This document shows positions 18,992 through 27,605 of a DNA stretch of 64,000 bases, in pieces. The stretch is taken from positions 2,592,001 through 2,656,000 of the forward strand of contig CBDBEV010000001.1 of assembly GCA_965204535.1 (NCBI GenBank). Direction: 5' to 3'. A program made the position numbers and the translations under genes. Origin of the DNA: a bacterium (GTDB taxonomy: Bacteria; UBA8248). Numbering within the stretch: the first letter of the stretch is position 1; every line of letters starts with the position of its first letter. The notes under the pieces are model-generated. The model did no database searches, was not told the DNA's origin, and saw nothing but the letters and a program-made list of their open reading frames with translations.

Positions 18992-19768
18992 TCAGGGCTT
19001 GACGGCCCGGACGGTCGCGCTTGCGAGTTCGGGTGTAACGTAGGGCTTGCGTCCAACAATTTCCACGTCGACGAAACCGGCCTCCCGCAGCCCGGCGATG
19101 TACGCGTTCTCAGTGACCGCGCCCGCGATGCACGCGCACCAATCCGCGATGGAGGCTTCTGCGATAGGCTCGATGGTTGCGTCTTCCGCCGCATCGCCTG
19201 TTCTGATGACATCCGACACGACGAAGCGCCCGCCCGGACGCAGCACGCGGAACGATTCGCGGAAAACGGCAGGCTTGTCGGGCGAGAGGTTGATGACGCA
19301 GTTGCTGATGACGACGTCGACCGAGGCGTCCTCAACCGGCATGTTTTCCATCTCGCCCTTTCGGAACGAGACGTTCGCTGCGCCCATGCGCCGTCTGTTT
19401 CGCTCCGCTTTCTCCAGCATGGCGTCCGTCATGTCGAGGCCGATGACGCTCCCGCGAGGCCCCACCTCCTTCGCGGCGAGAAAACAGTCCAGCCCCGCGC
19501 CGGAGCCCAGGTCCAGCACCGTCTCGCCCGGCTTGGGCGCTGCGTCCGGAACCGGGTTGCCGCATCCCGCGTTCGCGCTCAGCACGTCACCCGGCAGCTC
19601 CTCCACTGCCTCTTTCGCATAGCCGATGGTTTCGACGTTCTCCGCGCCCGCGGGCATCTCGGCGTCCGCCTCCCCGCAGCAGGTAACCTCGCCGGCGGCG
19701 ACCTTCGCATAGAGTTCCCGAACCGCGCTTTTTATCTGGTTCTCATCACCACAGCATCCTGTGGACAT
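18992..19768 (-). CDS. arsM: Arsenite methyltransferase-like SAM-dependent methyltransferase
   Basis: CC motifs, GCGNP, VLDLGSGAGLD, GLDMT, ISNCVINL, WCACIAGA; start placed at MSTGCC (19768). Confidence 0.85.
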   Translation of the reverse strand: MSTGCCGDENQIKSAVRELYAKVAAGEVTCCGEADAEMPAGAENVETIGYAKEAVEELPGDVLSANAGCGNPVPDAAPKPGETVLDLGSGAGLDCFLAAKEVGPRGSVIGLDMTDAMLEKAERNRRRMGAANVSFRKGEMENMPVEDASVDVVISNCVINLSPDKPAVFRESFRVLRPGGRFVVSDVIRTGDAAEDATIEPIAEASIADWCACIAGAVTENAYIAGLREAGFVDVEIVGRKPYVTPELASATVRAVKP

Positions 19769-19881
19769 GGATGGAATCTCCTCGTCGGTCGCATTAGGGC
19801 TTCGGGAATAGACGCCCCGAACTTGAACAGGATAGCAAGGACGCGGGGGAGAGGGGAAGGGCAGGGGGCGTCCCATGGATT

Positions 19882-19940
19882 GTAGGGACAACCCCCTGTG
19901 GTTGTCCCTTGTCAGGACAGGCACGGGGGCCTGTCCCTAC
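19882..19940. repeat. GTAG-type REP doublet
   Basis: GTAGGGACAACCCCCTGTGGTTGTCC ... GGACAGGCACGGGGGCCTGTCCCTAC; reverse-complement homologue of 7118-7203. Confidence 0.8.
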
Positions 19941-20083
19941 ATACGAAAAACTTCCCGCATTGGTCGGGTTTGACTCCCAAGGGGATATGATTTTGAAGAC
20001 CACGCCGCTACGGGTTGCGGGAAAATCGCTTCCGTGCAACTTTGGGGCCGGACCGCCTCGATTCCTCTTTCACGCGCCGGGAC

Positions 20084-22816
20084 ATGACGGAAGATAAAAA
20101 ACGAATCTATCTGATCGACGGCTCGGGCTACATGTTCCGGGCCTATTACGGCACGATGCGCCAGCGTCTTTCGAACTCGAAGGGCGTGCCCACGGGCGGC
20201 ACGCTGGCCTTCGCCCGAATGCTCCTGAAAGTCATCCGCGAGCGCGCGCCCGAGTACGTCGCCATCGCCTTCGATCGCCCCGAACCCACCTTCCGCCACG
20301 AGATATACCCCGCCTACAAGGGAAACCGCGACGCCGCACCCGAAGACCTGGTCGAGCAAATCCCCTACATGCACCGCGTGGTCGAGGTGCTGCGCATTCC
20401 GCTTCTCGTGCAGGTCGGGGCCGAAGCCGACGACATCATCGGCACGCTGGCCGCGCGCGCCGAAGCGGAGGACTTCGAGGTCGTCCTGGTGACGGCGGAC
20501 AAGGATTTCGCCCAGCTTGTCTCCGATAAAGTGCGCATCTGGGACCCGATGAAGGACGAGGAGATGGGGCCGGCGGAGATCGAGGCCAAATGGGGCGTGC
20601 CGCCCGAGAAATTCGTGGATATCCAGGCGCTGATGGGCGATTCGACGGACAACATACCGGGCGTGCCGGGCATCGGCGAGAAAACCGCCGTCGCCCTGAT
20701 CCGGCAGTTCGGCGGGCTCGAAGAGGTGCTCGCTTCGACTGAAGAGATAAAACGCCCCAAACAGCGCGAGAACATCGAGGAAAACGTCGATATGGCGCGC
20801 CTCTCGCGGGAGCTTTGCACCATCAAGCGCGACTTGGCGCTCGAGGGAGACCTGGAATCCTGCCGTCTGGGCGACGCCGACATCGAGGCGGGCCGGAAAC
20901 TCTTCGTCGAGGAACTGGAATTCAAGAACATCATCGAACAACTCCCCGGCTACAGCGAATCCGACGCCGCGGAGGATGCGTCCGGGGAGGCGGCTTCTCC
21001 AGCCGAAGAAGAGGAGCGCGACTACCACATCATCCGAACGCTGGAGGATCTGCGGTCGATGATTGCGGAACTCGAAAAAGCGGGGCGCTTCGCGTTCGAC
21101 CTGGAAACCACATCGCTCGACCCCATGAAGGCGCGCATCGTGGGCTTGAGTTTTTCCGCCGCTGCGGGCCGCGCGTTCTATGTCCCCGTGGGGCACGAGA
21201 TGATGGACGCAGGTCCCCAGCTTGCGCTCGAAGACGTGCTCGCCGAAGTATCCCCGCTTCTGGAATCGTCCGATATCGAGAAAATCGGCCAGAACATCAA
21301 ATACGACATCGCGGTGCTCAAAGAGGCCGGCCATGAGGTTCGCGGCCCCCTGTTCGACACCATGCTCGCCTCCTACCTCCTGCTCTCGAGCCGCAGGAGC
21401 CACGGGATGGACCATCTGGCGCAGGAGTATTTCGGGGTGACGACCATCAAATACGCCGATCTGTGCGGCAAGGGTGCCAAGGAGATTCCCTTCTCCCACG
21501 TGCCGGTCGAGGCGGCGGCCCCCTACGCCTGCCAGGATGCGGACATTACATATCGCCTGGCCCTGGAGATGGCCCCGCAGCTCGAAAAAGACGGGCTGAT
21601 GAATCTCTTCGAGGAGTTGGAAGTCCCTCTCCTGCGCGTCCTGCTCGACATGGAGCGCGCGGGCATCCGGCTGGATCGGGAATTTTTAAGGAACATGGGC
21701 AAGGAACTCGAAGCGCGCCTGGAGCAAATGACGAGCGACATCCACGGGCTGGCGGGCGAGGCGTTCAACATCAACTCCACCCAGCAGTTGCGCGTCATCC
21801 TGTTCGAAAAGCTGAACTTGCCCGTGATCAAGCGAACGAAAACGGGGCCTTCCACCGACATCGACACGCTGGAGCGGCTGGCGCCGCAGCACCCCCTGCC
21901 GCAGGAGATTCTGAACTTCCGGCAGCTGTCGAAGCTCAAGAGCACCTACGTGGACACCCTGCCCGAACTCGTGAACGCGCAGACGGGCCGCATCCACGCG
22001 CGCTTCAACCAGACGGTCGCCGCCACGGGCCGCCTGAGCGGTTCCGACCCCAATCTGCAGAACATCCCCATCCGCACGGAGTTGGGCCGTCAGATACGCC
22101 GGGCCTTCCTGCCCGAGGAGGGGTGGAAGCTCTTATCCGCGGATTACAGCCAGATCGAATTAAGAGTGCTGGCGCATTTCACGAACGACCCGGCCCTCGT
22201 CGACGCCTTCGGCAAGGGAGAGGACATCCACGCGACGACCGCCTCGGCCGTCTACGGCGTGCCGCTCGAAGGTGTCGACTCCGAGATGCGCCGCGTCGCC
22301 AAGGCGGTGAACTTCGGCATCATCTACGGGCAGGGCGCCTTCGGCCTCTCCCAGGCCATCGGCATCCCCCAGTCCGAGGCGCGCTCGTTCATCGACACCT
22401 ATTTCGAGCGCTTCGCCGCCGTGCCCGCCTTCGTGGACGAGACCATCGAGGGAGGCCGCGCGCGTGGTTACGTCTCCACCATCATGGGCCGGCGCAGGTA
22501 TCTGCCCGATCTGAACAGCCGGAACCGCAACGCGAAAAACGCCGCCGAGCGGACGGCGGTGAACTCCGTCATCCAGGGGAGCGCCGCCGACATCATCAAG
22601 CTCGCGATGATAACCATCGCCGATCGCCTGAAGAGAGAAGAAAGAGAAGCGCGCATGCTCGTGCAGGTGCACGATGAGCTCCTGTTCGAGATACCGCCCG
22701 CAGAAGTCGAGGCCGTGGCCGCCCTCGTCGCAGAGGAGATGCGCGGCGCGACCCCCCTGCACGTTCCGCTCGACGTGGACGTGAGCACGGGCGAGAACTG
22801 GGGCGAGCTCAAGTAG
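20084..22816 (+). CDS. polA: DNA polymerase I
   Basis: LIDGSG, EADD, GDSTDNIPGVPGIGEKTA, DLETT, TGRLS..DPNLQNIP, ADYSQIELR, KAVNFGIIYG, QVHDEL. Confidence 0.99.
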   Translation: MTEDKKRIYLIDGSGYMFRAYYGTMRQRLSNSKGVPTGGTLAFARMLLKVIRERAPEYVAIAFDRPEPTFRHEIYPAYKGNRDAAPEDLVEQIPYMHRVVEVLRIPLLVQVGAEADDIIGTLAARAEAEDFEVVLVTADKDFAQLVSDKVRIWDPMKDEEMGPAEIEAKWGVPPEKFVDIQALMGDSTDNIPGVPGIGEKTAVALIRQFGGLEEVLASTEEIKRPKQRENIEENVDMARLSRELCTIKRDLALEGDLESCRLGDADIEAGRKLFVEELEFKNIIEQLPGYSESDAAEDASGEAASPAEEEERDYHIIRTLEDLRSMIAELEKAGRFAFDLETTSLDPMKARIVGLSFSAAAGRAFYVPVGHEMMDAGPQLALEDVLAEVSPLLESSDIEKIGQNIKYDIAVLKEAGHEVRGPLFDTMLASYLLLSSRRSHGMDHLAQEYFGVTTIKYADLCGKGAKEIPFSHVPVEAAAPYACQDADITYRLALEMAPQLEKDGLMNLFEELEVPLLRVLLDMERAGIRLDREFLRNMGKELEARLEQMTSDIHGLAGEAFNINSTQQLRVILFEKLNLPVIKRTKTGPSTDIDTLERLAPQHPLPQEILNFRQLSKLKSTYVDTLPELVNAQTGRIHARFNQTVAATGRLSGSDPNLQNIPIRTELGRQIRRAFLPEEGWKLLSADYSQIELRVLAHFTNDPALVDAFGKGEDIHATTASAVYGVPLEGVDSEMRRVAKAVNFGIIYGQGAFGLSQAIGIPQSEARSFIDTYFERFAAVPAFVDETIEGGRARGYVSTIMGRRRYLPDLNSRNRNAKNAAERTAVNSVIQGSAADIIKLAMITIADRLKREEREARMLVQVHDELLFEIPPAEVEAVAALVAEEMRGATPLHVPLDVDVSTGENWGELK

Positions 22817-23023
22817 CGGAGGCGCACGTTCGCCATGTCCAATCTCTACGCGGTCGGCGACATCCACGGCCAGATTCGCCGTCCGGACGCCCCGGCAGTC
22901 TCCTTCAAGAAAACTCATCCGGACGCCGCGCCGGACCCGGCTCCGTCAAACCGTCGTTGAAAAGCCGGGCAGGGAAACATAGAATGCCTGATGATTTGAA
23001 ACTTTGAGGCAAGGAGGCGCGCC

Positions 23024-23221
23024 ATGAAGTACAAAATCGTTCTTCACCGTTCCGAGGAGGGCTACAGCGTTTGGATACCGGGCCTTCCAGGTTGTTGCTC
23101 ACAGGGAGAAACGGAGGCCGAGGCGATCTCCAACATCGAAACTGCCGCCAGGGAATATCTCAGCGCCGTGGAGGATCTCCTGGAGGGCGGAGATATACGG
23201 GAAATCGAAGTGGCCGTCTAG
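23024..23221 (+). CDS. hicB: Type II TA antitoxin, short HicB family
   Basis: GYSVWIPGLPGCCSQGETEAEAISNI; AGGAGG RBS. Confidence 0.92.
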   Translation: MKYKIVLHRSEEGYSVWIPGLPGCCSQGETEAEAISNIETAAREYLSAVEDLLEGGDIREIEVAV

Positions 23222-23222
23222 C

Positions 23223-23435
23223 GTGCCGAAGATCCCGGGGGTCAACCATCTGCATGCGGTGCGCGCCCTGGAAAAGGCTGGCTTCCGCATACTTCGCCAA
23301 GGCAAGCACATCGTGATGTCGGATGGCGTTCGCGTGTTGACGATCCCGAGGAACAACCCCGTGAATGCGATCACGATGGGGGTAATTGCCAGGGCCGCCG
23401 GGTTGAGCGTTGATGAATTCCGCAGGCTTTTGTGA
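23223..23435 (+). CDS. hicA: Type II TA toxin, HicA family
   Basis: ALEKAGF...RQGKHIVM......TIP; GLSVDEF C-terminus. Confidence 0.9.
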   Translation: MPKIPGVNHLHAVRALEKAGFRILRQGKHIVMSDGVRVLTIPRNNPVNAITMGVIARAAGLSVDEFRRLL

Positions 23436-23546
23436 AACAAAAGAAACGGCATGACACCCCTTGACGCCACATGCCGCCGGCCACGGACCCCGGGTTCGTA
23501 GCTTTCCTCGGCACGGTCGGATTCACCAGGAGACTCCTCGTTCGCC

Positions 23547-24209
23547 ATGTCCAATCTCTACGCGGTCGGCGACATCCACGGCCAGATTCACATGCTCGAA
23601 GCCCTGGTGGAGCGCGTGCCCTTCCGGGAAGAGGATGAAATCGTTTTTCTCGGCGATTTCATCGACCGGGGGCGGGATTCCAAGGCCGTTGTCGAGTTCC
23701 TGCTCCGTTTCAGGCGCGAATACCCCAAATCCGTGTTCCTGCGCGGCAACCATGAGGACATGCTTCTGGATTATCTCGCAGGCGGCGGGAGCTATTATCC
23801 GGGCGTCTATGTCATGAACGGCGGCGATGCGACGCTGGAGAACTACCGTGATGAGAGAGGCGGCGTCCGCCTCCCGCCCGAGCATCTGAAATTCTTGAAC
23901 GCCCTCGAGTGGATTCATGTGAGCCGCGGGTTCATCTTCGTGCATGCGGGCTTGCGGCCAGGTGTTCCCATCGACAGTCAGGACCCGATGGATATGGTCT
24001 GGATACGGGAAGAGTTTTTCCATGCGGAGTACGATTTCGGCAAGCCCGTCGTGTTCGGGCACACGCCGGGGTGGCAGATCAAAAACGAGCTTCCCTTTTA
24101 TCTGGGAATCGACACGAGCGCCGTGAACGGCGGGTGCCTGACCTGCGTGCAACTCGCCGGGGGCGAACTCGTGGAATGCCACCAGGTTTCCTCCCGGGAA
24201 GTGGAATAA
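23547..24209 (+). CDS. Metallophosphoesterase (PPP/PphA-like Ser/Thr protein phosphatase family)
   Basis: GDIHG, GDFIDRG, LRGNHE, FVHAG, FGHTP, GIDT. Confidence 0.93.
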   Translation: MSNLYAVGDIHGQIHMLEALVERVPFREEDEIVFLGDFIDRGRDSKAVVEFLLRFRREYPKSVFLRGNHEDMLLDYLAGGGSYYPGVYVMNGGDATLENYRDERGGVRLPPEHLKFLNALEWIHVSRGFIFVHAGLRPGVPIDSQDPMDMVWIREEFFHAEYDFGKPVVFGHTPGWQIKNELPFYLGIDTSAVNGGCLTCVQLAGGELVECHQVSSREVE

Positions 24210-24221
24210 GTTGAATCGCAA

Positions 24222-26507
24222 GTGAAGCGAACCTTAAAGATTCCGGACGACAAGAAGATACTGCGCCTGATCGCCAAAGAGGACAGGCCGATGGCCGTGC
24301 GCGAGCTCGTGCGCCTGCTGGAAGTGCCCGCCGCCGTGCGGCCCGCGCTCAGAAAACGCCTGCGCGCCATGGCGGAAGAGGGCGCGCTCGTCCGCGTTCG
24401 CGGGCGCTATTCGACGCCGGGTTCCCTCTCCATCTATCAGGGCGTCTTCCGGGGACACGCGCAGGGCTACGGGTTCGTTGCGCCGAGCCACGGAGATGGT
24501 GAGGGAAAATCGCCCGACATCATGATCAAGAAAACCCGCACACGCGGCGCGATGGACGGCGATCTGGTATCCGCAAGGGTGGAGAAGGTCCATCCCGACG
24601 GGAGGTGCGAGGGGAGCGTGCTCGACGTGATGGAGCGCGCCCACGAAACCCTGGTGGGCAGGTTGTGCGTCGAGGGCCGGAGTGCGTGGGTGGAGCCCCA
24701 GGAAGAGCGCATCCCGCACCTCGTGGTGCTGGGCGCGGGGAGTCGGGAAGGAGCCAGGCGGGGCGAGTGGGTGGAAGTGGAGATCACCCGCTATCCCAAC
24801 CAGAAGGAGCCCGCCAGGGGGCGCATTCTGCGCTCATTCGGCTATCCCGAAGACCCCGCCGCCGAGGGGCGGATGGTGCTCGCCAAGCACGGGATACGCG
24901 AGGATTTTCCCAGAAAAGTGCTGGAGGAGGAGAAAAGGCTCTCCCCGCCCGGAGAAGACGACCCCTTCCCGGAAGGTGTGGAGGATTTGAGGGATCTGTG
25001 CGCGTTCACCATCGACCCGTTCGACGCGCGCGACCGCGACGACGCGGTCTCGATTGAAAAAATCAAAAATGGCCGCCGCCTCGGCGTGCACATCGCAGAC
25101 GTGGGCCATTACGTGAAAGGGGGCGGCGCCATCGATAAAGAAGCCCGCGACCGGGGGACGAGCGTCTATCTGCCGGACCGGGCGGTGCCCATGCTGCCGC
25201 CCCGCCTGACGGGCGAGGTGTGCTCACTGCGCGAGGGGGCCGTTCGCCGGACCTTGAGCGTCTTCATCGATTTCGACCGCTACGGGAACCGGACGGGGAT
25301 GCGGCTCACCTACGCGCGCATCCGCTCGCGCGCTTCTCTGACCTATCGGGGCGCGGCGGCCGTTCTCGAAGGCACTGAAATTCCTGAGAAAGACGAGGTC
25401 GAAAGCGCCCGCGCGCTCGAAGCGCCGCTCCGGGAACTCTCGGCCCTTGCGGAGAAGCTCCACGCGGAACGCATGCGCCGGGGGAGTCTCGATTTCGACC
25501 TGCCCGAAGCGCAGGTGCTGCTCGATGAGGAGGGGATGCCGACGGGTATCGAGCGCGCCCCGAGGACTTCCGCGCACCGGCTCATCGAGGAGTGCATGCT
25601 GGCGGCGAACCGGGCGGTGGCCGAATATCTCGCCGAGGCGGGCGGCGCTTCGGTATTCCGCATCCACGAGCCGCCGGCCGAGGAGAATCTCGAAGGCTTG
25701 AGGGCGATCCTCTCCAGACTGGGCCTGAAGGCGCCCCGCCTGGAAGCGCTCAAGCGGCCGGGAGGGTTTCAGGAGTTGTTCGACGCCGTGCGGGGCTCGG
25801 ACGTGGAGCGATACGTGAATTTCGCCGCCTTGAGAAGCATGAAGCTCGCGCGCTATGAGGCGGCCCCCGCTCTTCACTTCGGGCTGGGCTTCGAGCGTTA
25901 TACGCACTTCACCTCGCCCATCCGCCGCTATGCGGACCTGTGCGTCCACAGAAGGCTTGGGAGGCTCATGCGCGGCGAGGGGGGGAAGCCGCAAGCCAAG
26001 CCGCTCGCCGCTCTTTGCCGCGATATTTCAGAGCGGGACCGGGCGGCGGAAGCCGCTTCTCGCGAGATGGTGGATTTCATGAAGGCGCTCTATATGCGCG
26101 ATAAGGTGGGCGGGCGTTTTCGCGGCCACGTCTCGGGCGTCGCGAATTTCGGGATTTTCGTGGAACTGGGAGACGTTTTCGTCGAGGGCATGGTCCCGCT
26201 CGAATTCATGACGGACGACTATTACGGCTTCATCCCGGAGGAACACGCGGTTCTGGGCCGGAGGACGGGCCGAAGGTTCCGCCTGGGCGATTCCGTCACC
26301 GTGCGCGTGGAAGGCGTGGATCTGGCCTCGCGGCGCGTCACGTTCCAGCTCATGGCGGGCGGGACGAGAGAGGTGGTCGGCGATGCGGCCGAATCGCGCC
26401 GTGCCGCGAACCTCGCGGGTACGCGCCGCCCCCGCAAGGAGAAATCCCCCGCTCCCCGGCGGAAGAAGAGGGGAAAGGCGTCGCCCGGGCGCGGGAGGCG
26501 CCGCTGA
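24222..26507 (+). CDS. rnr: Ribonuclease R
   Basis: FTIDPFDARDRDDA, HIADV, RGTSVY, HFGL, YTHFTSPIRRYADL, S1 domain, basic C-terminal tail. Confidence 0.96.
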   Translation: MKRTLKIPDDKKILRLIAKEDRPMAVRELVRLLEVPAAVRPALRKRLRAMAEEGALVRVRGRYSTPGSLSIYQGVFRGHAQGYGFVAPSHGDGEGKSPDIMIKKTRTRGAMDGDLVSARVEKVHPDGRCEGSVLDVMERAHETLVGRLCVEGRSAWVEPQEERIPHLVVLGAGSREGARRGEWVEVEITRYPNQKEPARGRILRSFGYPEDPAAEGRMVLAKHGIREDFPRKVLEEEKRLSPPGEDDPFPEGVEDLRDLCAFTIDPFDARDRDDAVSIEKIKNGRRLGVHIADVGHYVKGGGAIDKEARDRGTSVYLPDRAVPMLPPRLTGEVCSLREGAVRRTLSVFIDFDRYGNRTGMRLTYARIRSRASLTYRGAAAVLEGTEIPEKDEVESARALEAPLRELSALAEKLHAERMRRGSLDFDLPEAQVLLDEEGMPTGIERAPRTSAHRLIEECMLAANRAVAEYLAEAGGASVFRIHEPPAEENLEGLRAILSRLGLKAPRLEALKRPGGFQELFDAVRGSDVERYVNFAALRSMKLARYEAAPALHFGLGFERYTHFTSPIRRYADLCVHRRLGRLMRGEGGKPQAKPLAALCRDISERDRAAEAASREMVDFMKALYMRDKVGGRFRGHVSGVANFGIFVELGDVFVEGMVPLEFMTDDYYGFIPEEHAVLGRRTGRRFRLGDSVTVRVEGVDLASRRVTFQLMAGGTREVVGDAAESRRAANLAGTRRPRKEKSPAPRRKKRGKASPGRGRRR

Positions 26508-26554
26508 GTTGTTGATGCGGGGTTGTTGAAAAGTCCCTCTTGTCAGGGGACAAA

Positions 26555-26860
26555 AGCAACCCCCCCTACCCCCCCCTTGTCAGGGGGGTAAGAAAAGGCG
26601 ACGCCCACCACCGAGATGAACACTAATTCACTCCCCCCTTGAGGGTCTGGCTTCCCGAGGGGAAAGCCCGACAGAAGCCGAGCGGTTTGTGCGAAGGCTG
26701 ATGCGGTGGGGGGACATGCCACAAAAAAACTCCCCCCACCGGCGCGACTTCGGGCTTCGCCCTTGTCTTGCCGACTCCCCCTCAAGGGGGGAGTTGATTC
26801 TTTTTTGTGGGGTGTTGCCTTTTCATACCCCCCTGACAAGGGGGGGTAGGGGGGGTTGCT
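26555..26860. repeat. Nested palindromic repeat element, copy A
   Basis: Outer arms (C-run)TA(C-run)TTGTCAGGGGGGTA and its inverse; inner arms ACTCCCCCCTTGAGGG / CCCTCAAGGGGGGAGT; inverted homologue at 29664-30017. Confidence 0.85.
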
Positions 26861-26877
26861 TCCTTGGCAAAGAGAAT

Positions 26878-27035
26878 GTAGGGGCCGCATATATGCGGCC
26901 CTGCCTTTTCGCCTACACAATGCGGGTCGCATATATGTCGGACATATATGTCCGACCTACACACCGCTTCGTTCTTTCCAGCCAATCGAGCGGACACGCC
27001 GGACCCCGGACAACCACAGGGGGTTGTCCACTACG
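26878..27035. repeat. Cluster of GTAG-type REP palindromes
   Basis: GTAGGGGCCGCATATATGCGGCCC, GTCGGACATATATGTCCGACCTAC, GGACAACCACAGGGGGTTGTCC; similar to 12429-12497 and 19882. Confidence 0.75.
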
Positions 27036-27185
27036 TCCCGCGTATCGAGAGGACCCGCAGGGGCGGCTTTCCATCGTCATTCCGGGGTTCGGCGATACAT
27101 AGAAGGGCCGTCATCCGCATATATGTCCGACGCAGGCATGACGGCGGTGGTCGATTCCGACCGAAACGGCTTTGTTGGAGTCCGA

Positions 27186-27376
27186 TAATTGTTGTTATCA
27201 GAAAATATAACACCTCTCACGGCCATGTCAAGCGCAATTCCGGGGTCTCCGGAGGGGTTTCGGAGGCCGTTTTGCGTCTTTTTTCGCTTATATTTCGCTC
27301 ATTTGCGGCCCGAATGCCCCCCGAATCGGGTTTTCCGGCGGAAAACGGGGCTTCTGGGGGCTGATAACAACAATTA
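27186..27376 (-). promoter_or_regulatory. Candidate invertible promoter (inverton), currently pointing away from the lipoprotein gene
   Basis: Perfect 16-bp IR TAATTGTTGTTATCAG (27186-27201) / CTGATAACAACAATTA (27361-27376); minus-strand TTGACA (27231-27226), 16-nt spacer ending TGT, TATATT (27209-27204) just inside the left IR. Confidence 0.7.
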
Positions 27377-27605
27377 GCGGCCCCCAGGCCGGGAAAGGTG
27401 GACGCATACCGCAGGAATCCGCCTCTGGCGGAACGACCGGCCCGGACCATGAAAGGGTTCAAGTCCGCCGTATTCCAGGCGGCCCAAAATGCGAATCACC
27501 GGTTTGTGAAGGCCCGAAATGAAAGCTCACGAAAGGAGGTTAATCGGAGAAAGCCGGAAATTCACGGAAAATCCCTTTTTCTATTGATTCAGGAGGACTC
27601 ACTAA

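Larger units (their letters stand above)
22827..23589. mobile_element. hicBA mini-islet flanked by a perfect 51-bp direct repeat of the phosphatase gene 5' end
   Basis: CGTTCGCCATGTCCAATCTCTACGCGGTCGGCGACATCCACGGCCAGATTC at 22827-22877 and 23539-23589. Confidence 0.85.

Noticed and set aside
22835-22877. Second phosphatase gene after polA
   Set aside because: Only 14 codons match before the sequence diverges; treated as a direct-repeat scar
26555-27035. CRISPR array
   Set aside because: Repeats are inverted, nested and irregularly spaced, with no constant repeat-spacer period and no cas genes
26543-27462. Short ORFs across the repeat region (also 29370-30006)
   Set aside because: They translate palindromic repeats and lack RBS and coding bias; no transposase or recombinase motifs
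27455-27466. T-loop-like GGGTTCAAGTCC suggesting a tRNA
   Set aside because: No cloverleaf, acceptor stem or CCA around it
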